Of a stretch of DNA of 64,000 bases, positions 28,576 through 37,432 are shown one piece after another. The translations under genes and the position numbers were made by a program. This stretch comes from Dehalococcoides sp. JdFR-54 (GTDB taxonomy: Bacteria > Chloroflexota > Dehalococcoidia > JdFR-54). Every line of letters starts with the position of its first letter. The stretch's first letter is position 1. The notes under the pieces were generated by a model, which was given only the letters and a program-made list of their open reading frames with translations, made no database searches and was not told the origin of the DNA. The stretch spans positions 4,037 to 68,036 of the forward strand of contig MTNP01000008.1 of the NCBI GenBank assembly GCA_002011475.1, written 5' to 3'.

Positions 28576-30137
28576 ACCTCCAGTGCTCGGGCCACCAACT
28601 CGATGAGGTCCACAATCTCCATATCCTCCCTGCCCAGGGCCTGGGCCGCCTGCTTCAGCCTGGCTGAGTCGGCAGCGCTGGCGGTTACTATGGTCTCGGC
28701 GCCGCCCTCGGCGAGCTGCCTCAACCTGGCCTGGGCTATCTTGGAGTTAACCTCCTCGGAGGCCCCCAGGCCCCCGTCGCCCATGGTATTAGCCCCCCAA
28801 TAGTATTTTGGCTCCACCAAGCTGATGCCAGGGATACTAGCCAGAATCTCCCTAGGCTCCTCGACCATACCCAAGAACCTGGACAGAAAAGCTGGGTCGT
28901 GGAAGACCACCTTCCTGTTGCCCATGGCTTTCAGGGAGATCGCCTTCGACCTGATCTTCTCCAGAATCACCTCCAGCACAGTCCTGACCTGGATATTGGA
29001 GTCGCCGGCATATTTGGGGTAGAGCTCCCTAAAGGTGTAGGCGCAGGCAGGGCTAGGGGTTATTATCTCCTCCACCCCTGTCTCCTTAAGCAGCTTCTGC
29101 ACCTTTGCTGCCTTCTCTCTAAACTCCTTCTGGAAGCCGTAGAAGTAGAGGGGGGCGCCGCAGCACTGCTCCTCCTCGTAGAGATAGGAGAGACTACTCC
29201 CCGCCTTCTGGAGCAATTCCGCCGCCCGGGCCAGAACCGCCCTCCCCCCCTCCGTGGCCGAATACTCGCACGAGGCGAAGAACAGCGTCTTGCCGGACTT
29301 AGGGATTCCCAGGTCGGTAGCCCAGGAAGCCCGCTCCTTCCCACACACCCCGTAGAGGCTATCCGTTTCCAAGATGTTGCGGCGAATCTCCCTCACCTCT
29401 TCTGGAAGGACATCCTCCTCAACCGCCCGCTGTCTAGCCAGGATCATGCTCTCCGTTATCTCTATATCCTTGGGGCACGAGGTGGTGCAGGCCCGGCACA
29501 GGGTACAGTTATACAGCCCCATATCCACGGCCTGAGCCACCCTATCATACTCCTCCAAGGGATTGAACATGGCCCGTATGATGTTCGCCAAATACATGGG
29601 CCCGACGAACCTCGCCGGGCTCTCCAACCAAGGGGGGCAGATGGAATTGCAGCCGTGGCAGTCGGCGCAGATAGTCAAAGCCCTAGAGACGCCTATCGCC
29701 TCGGGCTTGGCCGGTATAAAGCCTATGGGTTTGCCCTCTCGCCCGTATTTGATCTTGCGAAACATCTCGGCCGTCTGCTGGGTTCTATCGATGACGAGAT
29801 CCCTGATCACCGGGTATCCCTTTAGAGGCTCCAGAACGTCTCCATCCTGGGCCAGCGCCCGACAGGCAAGGGCCGGAACGCCGTTTACCGAGATGGTGCA
29901 GGCACCGCAACCAGCCTCGCGGCATCCCCTCCGGAAGGCGATGTTGGCCCGGCTGTGCTTGTTTATGTAGGTTAGGGCCATGATGGCAGTAAGGCTGGGC
30001 AGCCACTCGGCTTCATAGGTTTCGTACCTGGGTTCCGCGTCTGTCTCCGGATTGAACCGGTATACGGTCAGTTTTATAGTCTTGGTCTCGGCGGTCGCGC
30101 TCACAATGGTCACCTCGTCTCCGCTTCTAGTCTGCAA
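28572..30137 (-). CDS. Fumarate reductase/succinate dehydrogenase Fe-S subunit fused to an HdrD-like CCG domain (TfrB / type-E SdhB-like).
   Basis: N-terminal 2Fe-2S ferredoxin (CREAGCGACTISVNG), 4Fe-4S motifs (CADCHGCNSICP, CTLCRACTTSCP), then two CCG-type Cys-rich repeats (QCCGAPLY; SPACAYTF). Confidence 0.78.
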   Translation of the reverse strand: MQTRSGDEVTIVSATAETKTIKLTVYRFNPETDAEPRYETYEAEWLPSLTAIMALTYINKHSRANIAFRRGCREAGCGACTISVNGVPALACRALAQDGDVLEPLKGYPVIRDLVIDRTQQTAEMFRKIKYGREGKPIGFIPAKPEAIGVSRALTICADCHGCNSICPPWLESPARFVGPMYLANIIRAMFNPLEEYDRVAQAVDMGLYNCTLCRACTTSCPKDIEITESMILARQRAVEEDVLPEEVREIRRNILETDSLYGVCGKERASWATDLGIPKSGKTLFFASCEYSATEGGRAVLARAAELLQKAGSSLSYLYEEEQCCGAPLYFYGFQKEFREKAAKVQKLLKETGVEEIITPSPACAYTFRELYPKYAGDSNIQVRTVLEVILEKIRSKAISLKAMGNRKVVFHDPAFLSRFLGMVEEPREILASIPGISLVEPKYYWGANTMGDGGLGASEEVNSKIAQARLRQLAEGGAETIVTASAADSARLKQAAQALGREDMEIVDLIELVARALEV

Positions 30138-31887
30138 GGCCGGGTAAACCGGCCTCCTCCGGCGTGAGCAGGGTCACCCGAACCGGCCTGGCAGTGGTCT
30201 TGATCATCTTGGAGAGGCTGGAAGCCGAGGGGTCATAGGTAACCTCGATGTTCTTCAGCCAGTTCTTGTTGTCAGTATCGGGGTAGTCTTCTCGGTAGTG
30301 GTTGGCCCGGCTCTCCGTGCGCAGCAAAGCTGAGAGCGCCATCGCCTGACTCATGAACAGCCTGGGATAAAGATCCAGGGCCTCCAGCCACTCGTAGTTC
30401 CAGGTCTTGGAGCCGTCGCTGACCCTTACTTTAGGTAGCTCCTGGCTCCACATAGCGTCCATCTCCGCCACGGCCTGCCCCAGCCCCTTCCCATCCCTGA
30501 TAACGCTGACATACTTCCACATCAGATCCAGGTGTCTATCCCTGAGCTCCAGCGGGCTGATGCCGTCCCCCCTCTCCAGAGGCGCAAAGACCCGCTGCAT
30601 CTCCTCTTTGACCTGGTCCTGAGGAACCTTGGCCACCATGCCTGCCTTCTTCAGCCTGGTGGCCCGGATGGAGGCGGCCTGCCCCGCCCTGATGCCGGTC
30701 ACCATGAGATCGGGAAGAGAGTTGGAGCCGAGCCTGTTGCCACCGTGAATCCCCCCGGCGGTCTCACCGACGGCGTATAAACCGGGGATGTCCTCAGACT
30801 CAAACATAACATTTACCACCACCCCGCCGTCAGTGTAGTGGGCTGCTGGCGTTATCTCAAAGGGCTCGGTCCTGATATCTATGCCTACGCTCTTGATGTT
30901 GGCAAACATGGAGGGCAGTCTCTTCTCGATGACCTCTGGTGGAATGTGAGTAAGGCTCAGGTAAACACCACCCCTCTCCGTAGCGTTGCCCGCCATATAT
31001 TCCCTATAGATACTTCTGGAGATGAAGTCCCTAGTGGCCACCTCCAACCACTCAGGGGAATACTTGATCATGAACCGCTCGCCGTGCTTGTTGTAGAGCC
31101 TCCCCCCTTCAGACCTGAGGGCCTCACTACCGGCCATGCCTCTCAGGCCCGGGGGCCACCAGATGGCGGTGGGATGCCACTGGAGCATCTCCAGGTCCAC
31201 CACCCTCGCCCCCGCCAGCATGGCCATGTAGTAACCGTCGCCCACATTCCAGTCTCCGGTATAGGCCAGGGGAAAGACCCTTCCCATGCCACCCGTCGCC
31301 AGGACTACTGCCTTGGCCTTGAAAACGATGAACTTGCCGTCTCGAACGCTGACAGCGGTGGCTCCCGCCACCTCGCCCCGCGCATCGATCAGGAGCTTGG
31401 TCACATTTACCTCATCGAGCACCCTGACCGGGGATCTCACCAGCCTGGCCTTGAGCCCCTTTATCATCTCCGAGCCGCTCCTATCCCCGCTGCTCACCGA
31501 GCGGGCATAGGTATGGCCTCCGAATTGGCGCAGGTAGGGTCCCCCATCCTCGTCCCTATCCCAAATGCACCCCCAATCCTCGAGGGCGAAAAGGGCCATG
31601 GGAGCTTCCTTCACAAAAACCTCGACCAGAGCCTGGTCGCTGAGGAAAGAGCCGCCTAGCACTGTGTCGCAGAAATGCTGCCACCACGAGTCCCTGGGAT
31701 CCCTCACGTAAAACCCGGCTATACCACCCAGCGCTGCCGGGGTACACCCGCTGTGCCCGATGAGCCCCTTGACCGCCAGAGTCACCTCCACCCCGTGCTT
31801 GGCGGCCTCGATGGCCGCCACTATACCGGCACCACCCCCACCTACCACCAATACATCAGTCTCTATTACCTCGTCCACTTCCGGCAT
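30127..31887 (-). CDS. Fumarate reductase/succinate dehydrogenase flavoprotein subunit (TfrA/SdhA-like).
   Basis: DVLVVGGGGAGIVAA FAD fold plus FrdA/SdhA catalytic and capping-domain motifs; 586 aa. Confidence 0.85.
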   Translation of the reverse strand: MPEVDEVIETDVLVVGGGGAGIVAAIEAAKHGVEVTLAVKGLIGHSGCTPAALGGIAGFYVRDPRDSWWQHFCDTVLGGSFLSDQALVEVFVKEAPMALFALEDWGCIWDRDEDGGPYLRQFGGHTYARSVSSGDRSGSEMIKGLKARLVRSPVRVLDEVNVTKLLIDARGEVAGATAVSVRDGKFIVFKAKAVVLATGGMGRVFPLAYTGDWNVGDGYYMAMLAGARVVDLEMLQWHPTAIWWPPGLRGMAGSEALRSEGGRLYNKHGERFMIKYSPEWLEVATRDFISRSIYREYMAGNATERGGVYLSLTHIPPEVIEKRLPSMFANIKSVGIDIRTEPFEITPAAHYTDGGVVVNVMFESEDIPGLYAVGETAGGIHGGNRLGSNSLPDLMVTGIRAGQAASIRATRLKKAGMVAKVPQDQVKEEMQRVFAPLERGDGISPLELRDRHLDLMWKYVSVIRDGKGLGQAVAEMDAMWSQELPKVRVSDGSKTWNYEWLEALDLYPRLFMSQAMALSALLRTESRANHYREDYPDTDNKNWLKNIEVTYDPSASSLSKMIKTTARPVRVTLLTPEEAGLPGLAD

Positions 31888-31995
31888 GCCTTCACCTCGC
31901 TTTCGCCTCTGATTTGTCTACCCGTATGGATTGCCCCTCAACCCAGCGGAGACAAATATATTCGCCCCAGCCTAGCTTGTCAAGGCCAACTGCTG

Positions 31996-32024
31996 TTGAC
32001 ATCGAGCACCCTCTTTGGCAAAAT
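31996..32024 (+). promoter_or_regulatory. Candidate sigma-70 promoter TTGACA-N17-CAAAAT in the divergent tfrA/glmS1 intergenic region.
   Basis: Perfect -35 at 31996-32001; weak -10 at 32019-32024. Confidence 0.3.
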
Positions 32025-32087
32025 GGGGACGACACCTAGAACGCCCTTCGTTGCACGTTTCGATGCGAAGTGGGATTGCCTGGGAAG

Positions 32088-32543
32088 ATGGGGCAGCCAC
32101 AGATCACCATTATAACCGGGGTGTTACGAGATATCCACCACCTTGGCATAAAGGTAGTGGGATATGCTCTCCAGGAAGCTGGCTTCCGACCGGTCTTTAT
32201 CGGGGCCAGATTGGAGCAGGAAGAGTTCATCCAGGCCGCTATCGAGACCGATGCCAAGGCCATCTTTATGTCCTCCTCCAACGGCCACGCCGAGCTTGAC
32301 GCCGTCGATATGCGGGAGAAGTGCACAGAAGTAGGCCTGGGTAATATCCTGCTCTACCTGGGCGGCAATCTGGTCATCGCCGCTCAGGAACAGGACTGGA
32401 CGAGCATTGAAGGCCGATTCAAGGAGATGGGTTACGACCGGGTATATCCACCCGGGGTGAGCCCGGCACAGGTGATCCAGGACTTGAAGGCAGACCTAGC
32501 CCAACGATATGGAATATCCGAAGTGGCTAGGGACGAGCGGTGA
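32088..32543 (+). CDS. Glutamate mutase S-like B12-binding subunit, divergent copy 1. A GTG at 32070 is the alternative start.
   Basis: ITIITGVLRDIHHLG (DxHxxG) and C-terminal GYDRVYPPGVSPAQVIQDLK closely parallel GlmS (…DCHAVGN…GFDRVYPPGTSP…). Confidence 0.75.
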   Translation: MGQPQITIITGVLRDIHHLGIKVVGYALQEAGFRPVFIGARLEQEEFIQAAIETDAKAIFMSSSNGHAELDAVDMREKCTEVGLGNILLYLGGNLVIAAQEQDWTSIEGRFKEMGYDRVYPPGVSPAQVIQDLKADLAQRYGISEVARDER

Positions 32544-34000
32544 AGCTAGAGAACAGGCGCTGGACAGATGAGGAATTCGGGCAAGCCTTCCGGGAGGTAA
32601 TGTCCCTCTATCCCACGGGGCGGGAGGTGGATCTGGATGAGGCGGTGGAATACCTCAGGGCGCTGCCCCCGGAAAAGAGCGTCCCAGCAGCCTTTGACAG
32701 GGCGAAGCGGGATGGGCTGCTCCTGCTGAACCCCAGGGGAGGGGTGGCCACCCTGGAGGCCATGACCCAGCTTCTGCTCTGCCTCCAGAATGAGGGCGGC
32801 GCCGATATCCTGCCCGTAGAGCCGGACAGCTATTCGAGGCGCAATATGTTCCAGGAGGCAGCGGCTGGCCTTGAGGAGAGCCAGAGGCAGGGACGCTCCA
32901 TGCTTAACGGCTTTCCCCTGCCCATCCATGGCGTGGCCACCTGCCGGCGCCTCACCGAGTCGGTGCAGAGGCCCCTGGTCTGTCGCTCAGCGGCGCCCCG
33001 GACCCAATTCGTGAACACCATCGCCTTCGTCAGTGGCATAACCGAGGCAATTGGCAGCGCCACCGGTCTCGCCCTGTGCATGGAGTATGGCCTCGACCTG
33101 GCCCAGGCCATCCAGGATCAGCAGTACACAGCTCGGCTGGTGGGGTGGTTTCAGGAGCGGGGGGTTGCCCTGGGTTTAGATGTCAACAACACTGTAGCCG
33201 CCGGAACCATCGCCGAGCCGAGCCTTTCCATAGCCTACGGGGTCATTGATAGCCTCATCGCCGCCGAACAGGGGGCTCGGTATCAGTCCATCTCCTACCA
33301 GCCCAATCACCACTTCGTCCAGGACCTAGCTGGAATGCGGGCTCAGATGAAGCTGGCCCAGCACTATTTCACCAAGTTCGGATACGACTGGTCTGGGCTG
33401 AGCCAGGCTGTCCACCAGTGGAACGGGCCCTTCCCCCGCGACCCCGCCCGCGCCTATGCCATCATCGTCCTGTCCACAGCCATCGCCTACCTGGGCAAGG
33501 CGAGGCGTATCATGGTGAAGAGCTGCGAGGAGGGATTAGGAGTGCCCACGCCCCAGGCCAACGCCGCCGGCGTGCGCGCTACCCGCCAGGTCGTGGATAT
33601 GCTGCGGGGCCAGGAATTCCCAGAAAGCCCCCAACTCCGAGAGGAGCAGGCGATAATCGAGACCGAGGGCAGGCTGCTCATAGACAAGGTGCTGGAGGTG
33701 GGGGACGGCGATATCGCCGTAGGAGCGGTGCGGGCCCACGAGGCCGGGCTCATCGAGTTCCCCTTCAGCATTAACAAGGCTAACAAGGGACAGATGCTCC
33801 TGGCCCGGGACGCCACCGGGGCCGTCCGATTCCTAGACCCCGGCCACCTCCCCTTCCCCAAGGAGATTCGACAGTTCCACCAGGAGAAACTGCGGGAGAG
33901 ACAGCGCTCCGAGGGCCTAGAACCGCTGGAGATGCTCGTTCGGGATCTGCGGGAGGTGCGGGCTCCGTTCCCTGAGGCCAAAACAAGACGGTTGGTGTAA
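32540..34000 (+). CDS. Glutamate mutase E-like catalytic subunit, copy 1 (methylaspartate-mutase E-chain family).
   Basis: 486 aa, co-linear with Clostridium GlmE (RRWTDEEF, WPTGREVDL, GRSMLNGFP, AEQGARY, AAGVRATRQ). GTG start overlaps the copy-1 S-subunit stop (GTGA). Confidence 0.85.
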   Translation: MKLENRRWTDEEFGQAFREVMSLYPTGREVDLDEAVEYLRALPPEKSVPAAFDRAKRDGLLLLNPRGGVATLEAMTQLLLCLQNEGGADILPVEPDSYSRRNMFQEAAAGLEESQRQGRSMLNGFPLPIHGVATCRRLTESVQRPLVCRSAAPRTQFVNTIAFVSGITEAIGSATGLALCMEYGLDLAQAIQDQQYTARLVGWFQERGVALGLDVNNTVAAGTIAEPSLSIAYGVIDSLIAAEQGARYQSISYQPNHHFVQDLAGMRAQMKLAQHYFTKFGYDWSGLSQAVHQWNGPFPRDPARAYAIIVLSTAIAYLGKARRIMVKSCEEGLGVPTPQANAAGVRATRQVVDMLRGQEFPESPQLREEQAIIETEGRLLIDKVLEVGDGDIAVGAVRAHEAGLIEFPFSINKANKGQMLLARDATGAVRFLDPGHLPFPKEIRQFHQEKLRERQRSEGLEPLEMLVRDLREVRAPFPEAKTRRLV

Positions 34001-34004
34001 CAAG

Positions 34005-34418
34005 GTGATGGGCAAGACCGTAGTGATTGGGACCATAGGCAGTGACTGCCACGTGGTGGGCAACTGGATCATGGCTCGCAGCTTGGAGCAGGCGGGGTTT
34101 AAAGTGGTTCAATTGGGAGCCTGCGTCTCCCAGGAGGAGTTTATCGATGCCGCCGTGGAGGCCAAGGCCGATGCCATCTTCGTCTCTTCCCTCTATGGAA
34201 TGGGCCTGTTCGACTCTGAGGGGCTCAGGGAGAAGTGCATCGAGGCGGGGTTAAAGGACATCCTTCTCTACATCGGCGGCTACCTAGTGACGACCAGACA
34301 GGAATGGCCGGACATTGAGAAACAGTATAAGGACATCGGTTTCGATCGAGTGTATCCCCCCGAGACCAAGCCAGCGGTGGCTATCGCCGACCTGAAGCGG
34401 GATCTGGGATTATCCTAG
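34005..34418 (+). CDS. glmS: Glutamate mutase S subunit (B12-binding), canonical copy 2.
   Basis: MMGKTVVIGTIGSDCHVVGN...SSLYGMG...GFDRVYPPETKP is near-identical in pattern to the GlmS/MutS sigma subunit. Confidence 0.88.
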   Translation: MMGKTVVIGTIGSDCHVVGNWIMARSLEQAGFKVVQLGACVSQEEFIDAAVEAKADAIFVSSLYGMGLFDSEGLREKCIEAGLKDILLYIGGYLVTTRQEWPDIEKQYKDIGFDRVYPPETKPAVAIADLKRDLGLS

Positions 34419-34447
34419 CCCAGAGACCAAGAGGACAGGCAGAGCTT

Positions 34448-35881
34448 ATGGAACTGAGCAGCAGAAGATGGGATGAAGAACAGCTCCTCGAAGTGCGCAA
34501 GGAGGTCCTAGCCCAGTGGCCCACGGGCCGGGAGGTGGACCTGGATGAGGCCGTGGAATACCAGAAGAGCCTGCCCCAGGAGAAGGTCTGGGCTCGAAAA
34601 CTGACCCAGGGCTACCAGCAGGGCACGGTATTCACCATGCCCCAGGTGGGGCGGGCCACCGTGGAAGAGACGGCAACCCATATGAAGTATGTGGAAGAGG
34701 AAGCCGGGGCCGATGCCTGGCTCATCTTCATGGATACCTACACCCGAAAAGGTAGGTTTAAGGACGCCCAGCAGGGCATTGACGAGAGCATCAGGCAGGG
34801 CAGGTCCATGCTAAATGGATATCCCGCGGTTTGCCACGGTGTCAAGGGTCTGCGGCGGATTCGAGAGGTGAGCCAGGTTCCCTTCTATATCACCAATGTG
34901 GATGAAGACCCCAGGCTGGCCACGGAGATCGGGTTTGCCGGGGGCGCCACAGGATATCTGTCCTATGACCTCCACGATTTGCTCCAGCATTCCAAGAATT
35001 ACCCCCTGGATATGAGAATCCAGAACAACCAGTACGGCAACCGGCTTATCTCCTATTACGAGGAGCGGGGAGCCCCCATAGTGGCCTGGTCCTCCGGCCA
35101 CTTCAACGGCTGGGAGCCCCCTGGGCTGAAGATCCCCATAGTTATCCTGACCGCCTTGCTCACCGCGGAACAAGGGGTTAAGCATATCGGGCTTACCCTT
35201 GGCCTATGTGTACACCTGGTGCAGGACGTAGCGGCGCTGAGAGTGCTCCATGAGCTGACCAAGGAATACCTGGCTCGATTCGGCTACTCTGATGTAGCCG
35301 TATATCTCTGGACCTACCCCTTTCTGGGGGTCTGGCCCAGGGATGTGGACCGAACCGCAGCCCTCATCGCCTGGCAGGCAGCTATCAGCGTCCTTTCCGG
35401 GGTTGGCTGTATGATAGTCAAATCCCTGGACGAGGCCTACGTGGTGCCCGAAAAGGAGGGGAATGCCCATGCCGTAAAGATGGCCAAACAGATCATCGAC
35501 GTGGTCGGCAAGCAAAGGCTGGGGGAGAGCCAGGAGCTGAAGCTAGAACAGGAGATGCTCCGACGGGAGGTAAGGGCCAGCTTAGATAAAACCATCGAGC
35601 TGGGAGAGGGAGACGTGGCCATCGGGATGATGAGGGCAGTAGAGCGGGGGGTGCTGGACGGGGTCTTCTCCCCCTGGCTTCGGTGCCACAACAAGGTCCT
35701 CCCGGTGAGGGATGCCACCGGCGCCATCCGCTATCTGGACTATGGCAACGTGCCCCTGCCGCCGGAGGTGGTCGAGTACAATAACCAGAAGATCGCCGAA
35801 AGGGAGAAGCTGGAGGGCGTTAAGGCAGATATCGAGATGGTGATCCAGGACATCAGCTTCCTATCCCGGGCCCTATTCTAG
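34448..35881 (+). CDS. glmE: Glutamate mutase E subunit, copy 2.
   Basis: 477 aa co-linear with GlmE (RRWDEEQLLEVRKEV, WPTGREVDLDEAVEY, GRSMLNGYP, AEQGVKHI). Confidence 0.85.
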   Translation: MELSSRRWDEEQLLEVRKEVLAQWPTGREVDLDEAVEYQKSLPQEKVWARKLTQGYQQGTVFTMPQVGRATVEETATHMKYVEEEAGADAWLIFMDTYTRKGRFKDAQQGIDESIRQGRSMLNGYPAVCHGVKGLRRIREVSQVPFYITNVDEDPRLATEIGFAGGATGYLSYDLHDLLQHSKNYPLDMRIQNNQYGNRLISYYEERGAPIVAWSSGHFNGWEPPGLKIPIVILTALLTAEQGVKHIGLTLGLCVHLVQDVAALRVLHELTKEYLARFGYSDVAVYLWTYPFLGVWPRDVDRTAALIAWQAAISVLSGVGCMIVKSLDEAYVVPEKEGNAHAVKMAKQIIDVVGKQRLGESQELKLEQEMLRREVRASLDKTIELGEGDVAIGMMRAVERGVLDGVFSPWLRCHNKVLPVRDATGAIRYLDYGNVPLPPEVVEYNNQKIAEREKLEGVKADIEMVIQDISFLSRALF

Positions 35882-35911
35882 AGTATTTCCATCAGTAGAA
35901 GGGAGGGTTCC

Positions 35912-37291
35912 ATGGACAGCTCCTTTGAATTCGCCGAAAACATCGTGAATATCAGATACAGCGATCTGCCGGCAGAAGTTGTGGAAATCACCAAGAGGTG
36001 CATTCTGGATACTCTAGGCGTTATGCTGGCGGCGAGCAGCCTGGCGCCGGACGTAAAGGAAATTGTAGAGATGGTCAAGGAGGGCGGAGGCAAGGAGGAG
36101 AGCACCATCATCGCCTTCGGGGGGAGGGTGACGGCATGGATGGCCGCCTTCGCTAATGGAACCATGGGCCATCCCCTAGATTATGATGATACCCATGACC
36201 CCGCCATTGTCCATCCTACAGCACACACCATACCCGCCGCCTTCGCTATAGCGGAGCGAATTGGCGGAGTCAATGGCGAGGACTTTATCACCGCCGTAGC
36301 CTTAGCCAATGATATGGTATGTAGATTGGGGCTGGCCTTGAATAAAGGACTGTTCGGCTATGGCTGGCTAAGGCCAGTGGTCCTGGGGTTTTTCAGCTCT
36401 ACGGCGGCCGCCGGTAAGCTGCTGGGGCTAAACCGGGATCAGATGGTAAACGCCTTCGGTCTCGTCCTCAACCAAGTAGCCGGCAGCCTGGAGCCCGTCC
36501 ATACCCCCGGGTCTGCCTTCCGGGCGATACGGGATGCTTTCTCAGCCAAGGCGGGCGTTCTCTCCGCCCTCATGGCAGAGCGGGGTGTACCCGGCGACAG
36601 GAACAGCCTGCAGGGGAAATATGGCCTGTTCAACCTATATTTCCAGGGCGACTATGACCCCACCCGACTCACCGCCGAGCTGGGCAAAAGGTTTGAAGGG
36701 GTCAACGTCAGCTTTAAGCCTTGGCCTGCCTGTCGGAATGCGCACCCCTTCATAACCGCGACCCTGGATATCGTAAAGGGAAATGGTATCAAACCGGAGG
36801 ACACCGAAGCTATCCTGCTGGCGGGGGGCAGCTTTGCCCAATCCCTGTGTGAGCCTCTGGAGGAGAGACGGAGGCCCAAGGCAAGCATCGACGCCAAGGT
36901 CAGTTTGCCCTTTATCATCGGGGCAGCCCTGGCCCGGGGAAAGGTTGTCCTCTCGGACTTCACCCCCGCGGGCCTCAATGACCCCGCGGCTCTGGAAATG
37001 GCCCAAAAGGTGACCTTCAGGTTCGAGGAGCGCTTCAACACAAGTGGCATCGAGCCCGCCTTGGTCGAAATAAAGACCAAGGACGGCGGGACCTACTCAA
37101 AGGAAGTGGAGTTTGCCTACGGCCACCCTCAGAACCCCATGACCCTGGATGACCTGATAGCTAAGTTCAGGGATTGTGCCTCCTATTCGGTGAGGCCCCT
37201 GGCCAACGATGCCGTTGACCAAGTAATCCAGATGGTCACCAACTTGGAGGGCGTAGAGGACGTAGGTGCCGTTGTCCGCTTGCTGGGTTAG
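35912..37291 (+). CDS. MmgE/PrpD-family protein (2-methylcitrate dehydratase / cis-aconitate decarboxylase / IDS-epimerase superfamily).
   Basis: N-terminal FAENIVNIRYSDLPAEVVEITKRCILDTLGVMLAASS signature; 459 aa. Confidence 0.8.
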   Translation: MDSSFEFAENIVNIRYSDLPAEVVEITKRCILDTLGVMLAASSLAPDVKEIVEMVKEGGGKEESTIIAFGGRVTAWMAAFANGTMGHPLDYDDTHDPAIVHPTAHTIPAAFAIAERIGGVNGEDFITAVALANDMVCRLGLALNKGLFGYGWLRPVVLGFFSSTAAAGKLLGLNRDQMVNAFGLVLNQVAGSLEPVHTPGSAFRAIRDAFSAKAGVLSALMAERGVPGDRNSLQGKYGLFNLYFQGDYDPTRLTAELGKRFEGVNVSFKPWPACRNAHPFITATLDIVKGNGIKPEDTEAILLAGGSFAQSLCEPLEERRRPKASIDAKVSLPFIIGAALARGKVVLSDFTPAGLNDPAALEMAQKVTFRFEERFNTSGIEPALVEIKTKDGGTYSKEVEFAYGHPQNPMTLDDLIAKFRDCASYSVRPLANDAVDQVIQMVTNLEGVEDVGAVVRLLG

Positions 37292-37432
37292 CACCGCTGG
37301 CACCTGACCACCCTCCCTTACCGCCGGGAATCCGATTTTATGCCAAGTAAGAATGGTGGAACGACGGCTGAAAGGGGCTCTTCGTGGCACGGGCTCTTTG
37401 TCTGACTTGCCTCTGGGCGTAGGAGCGAAGGC

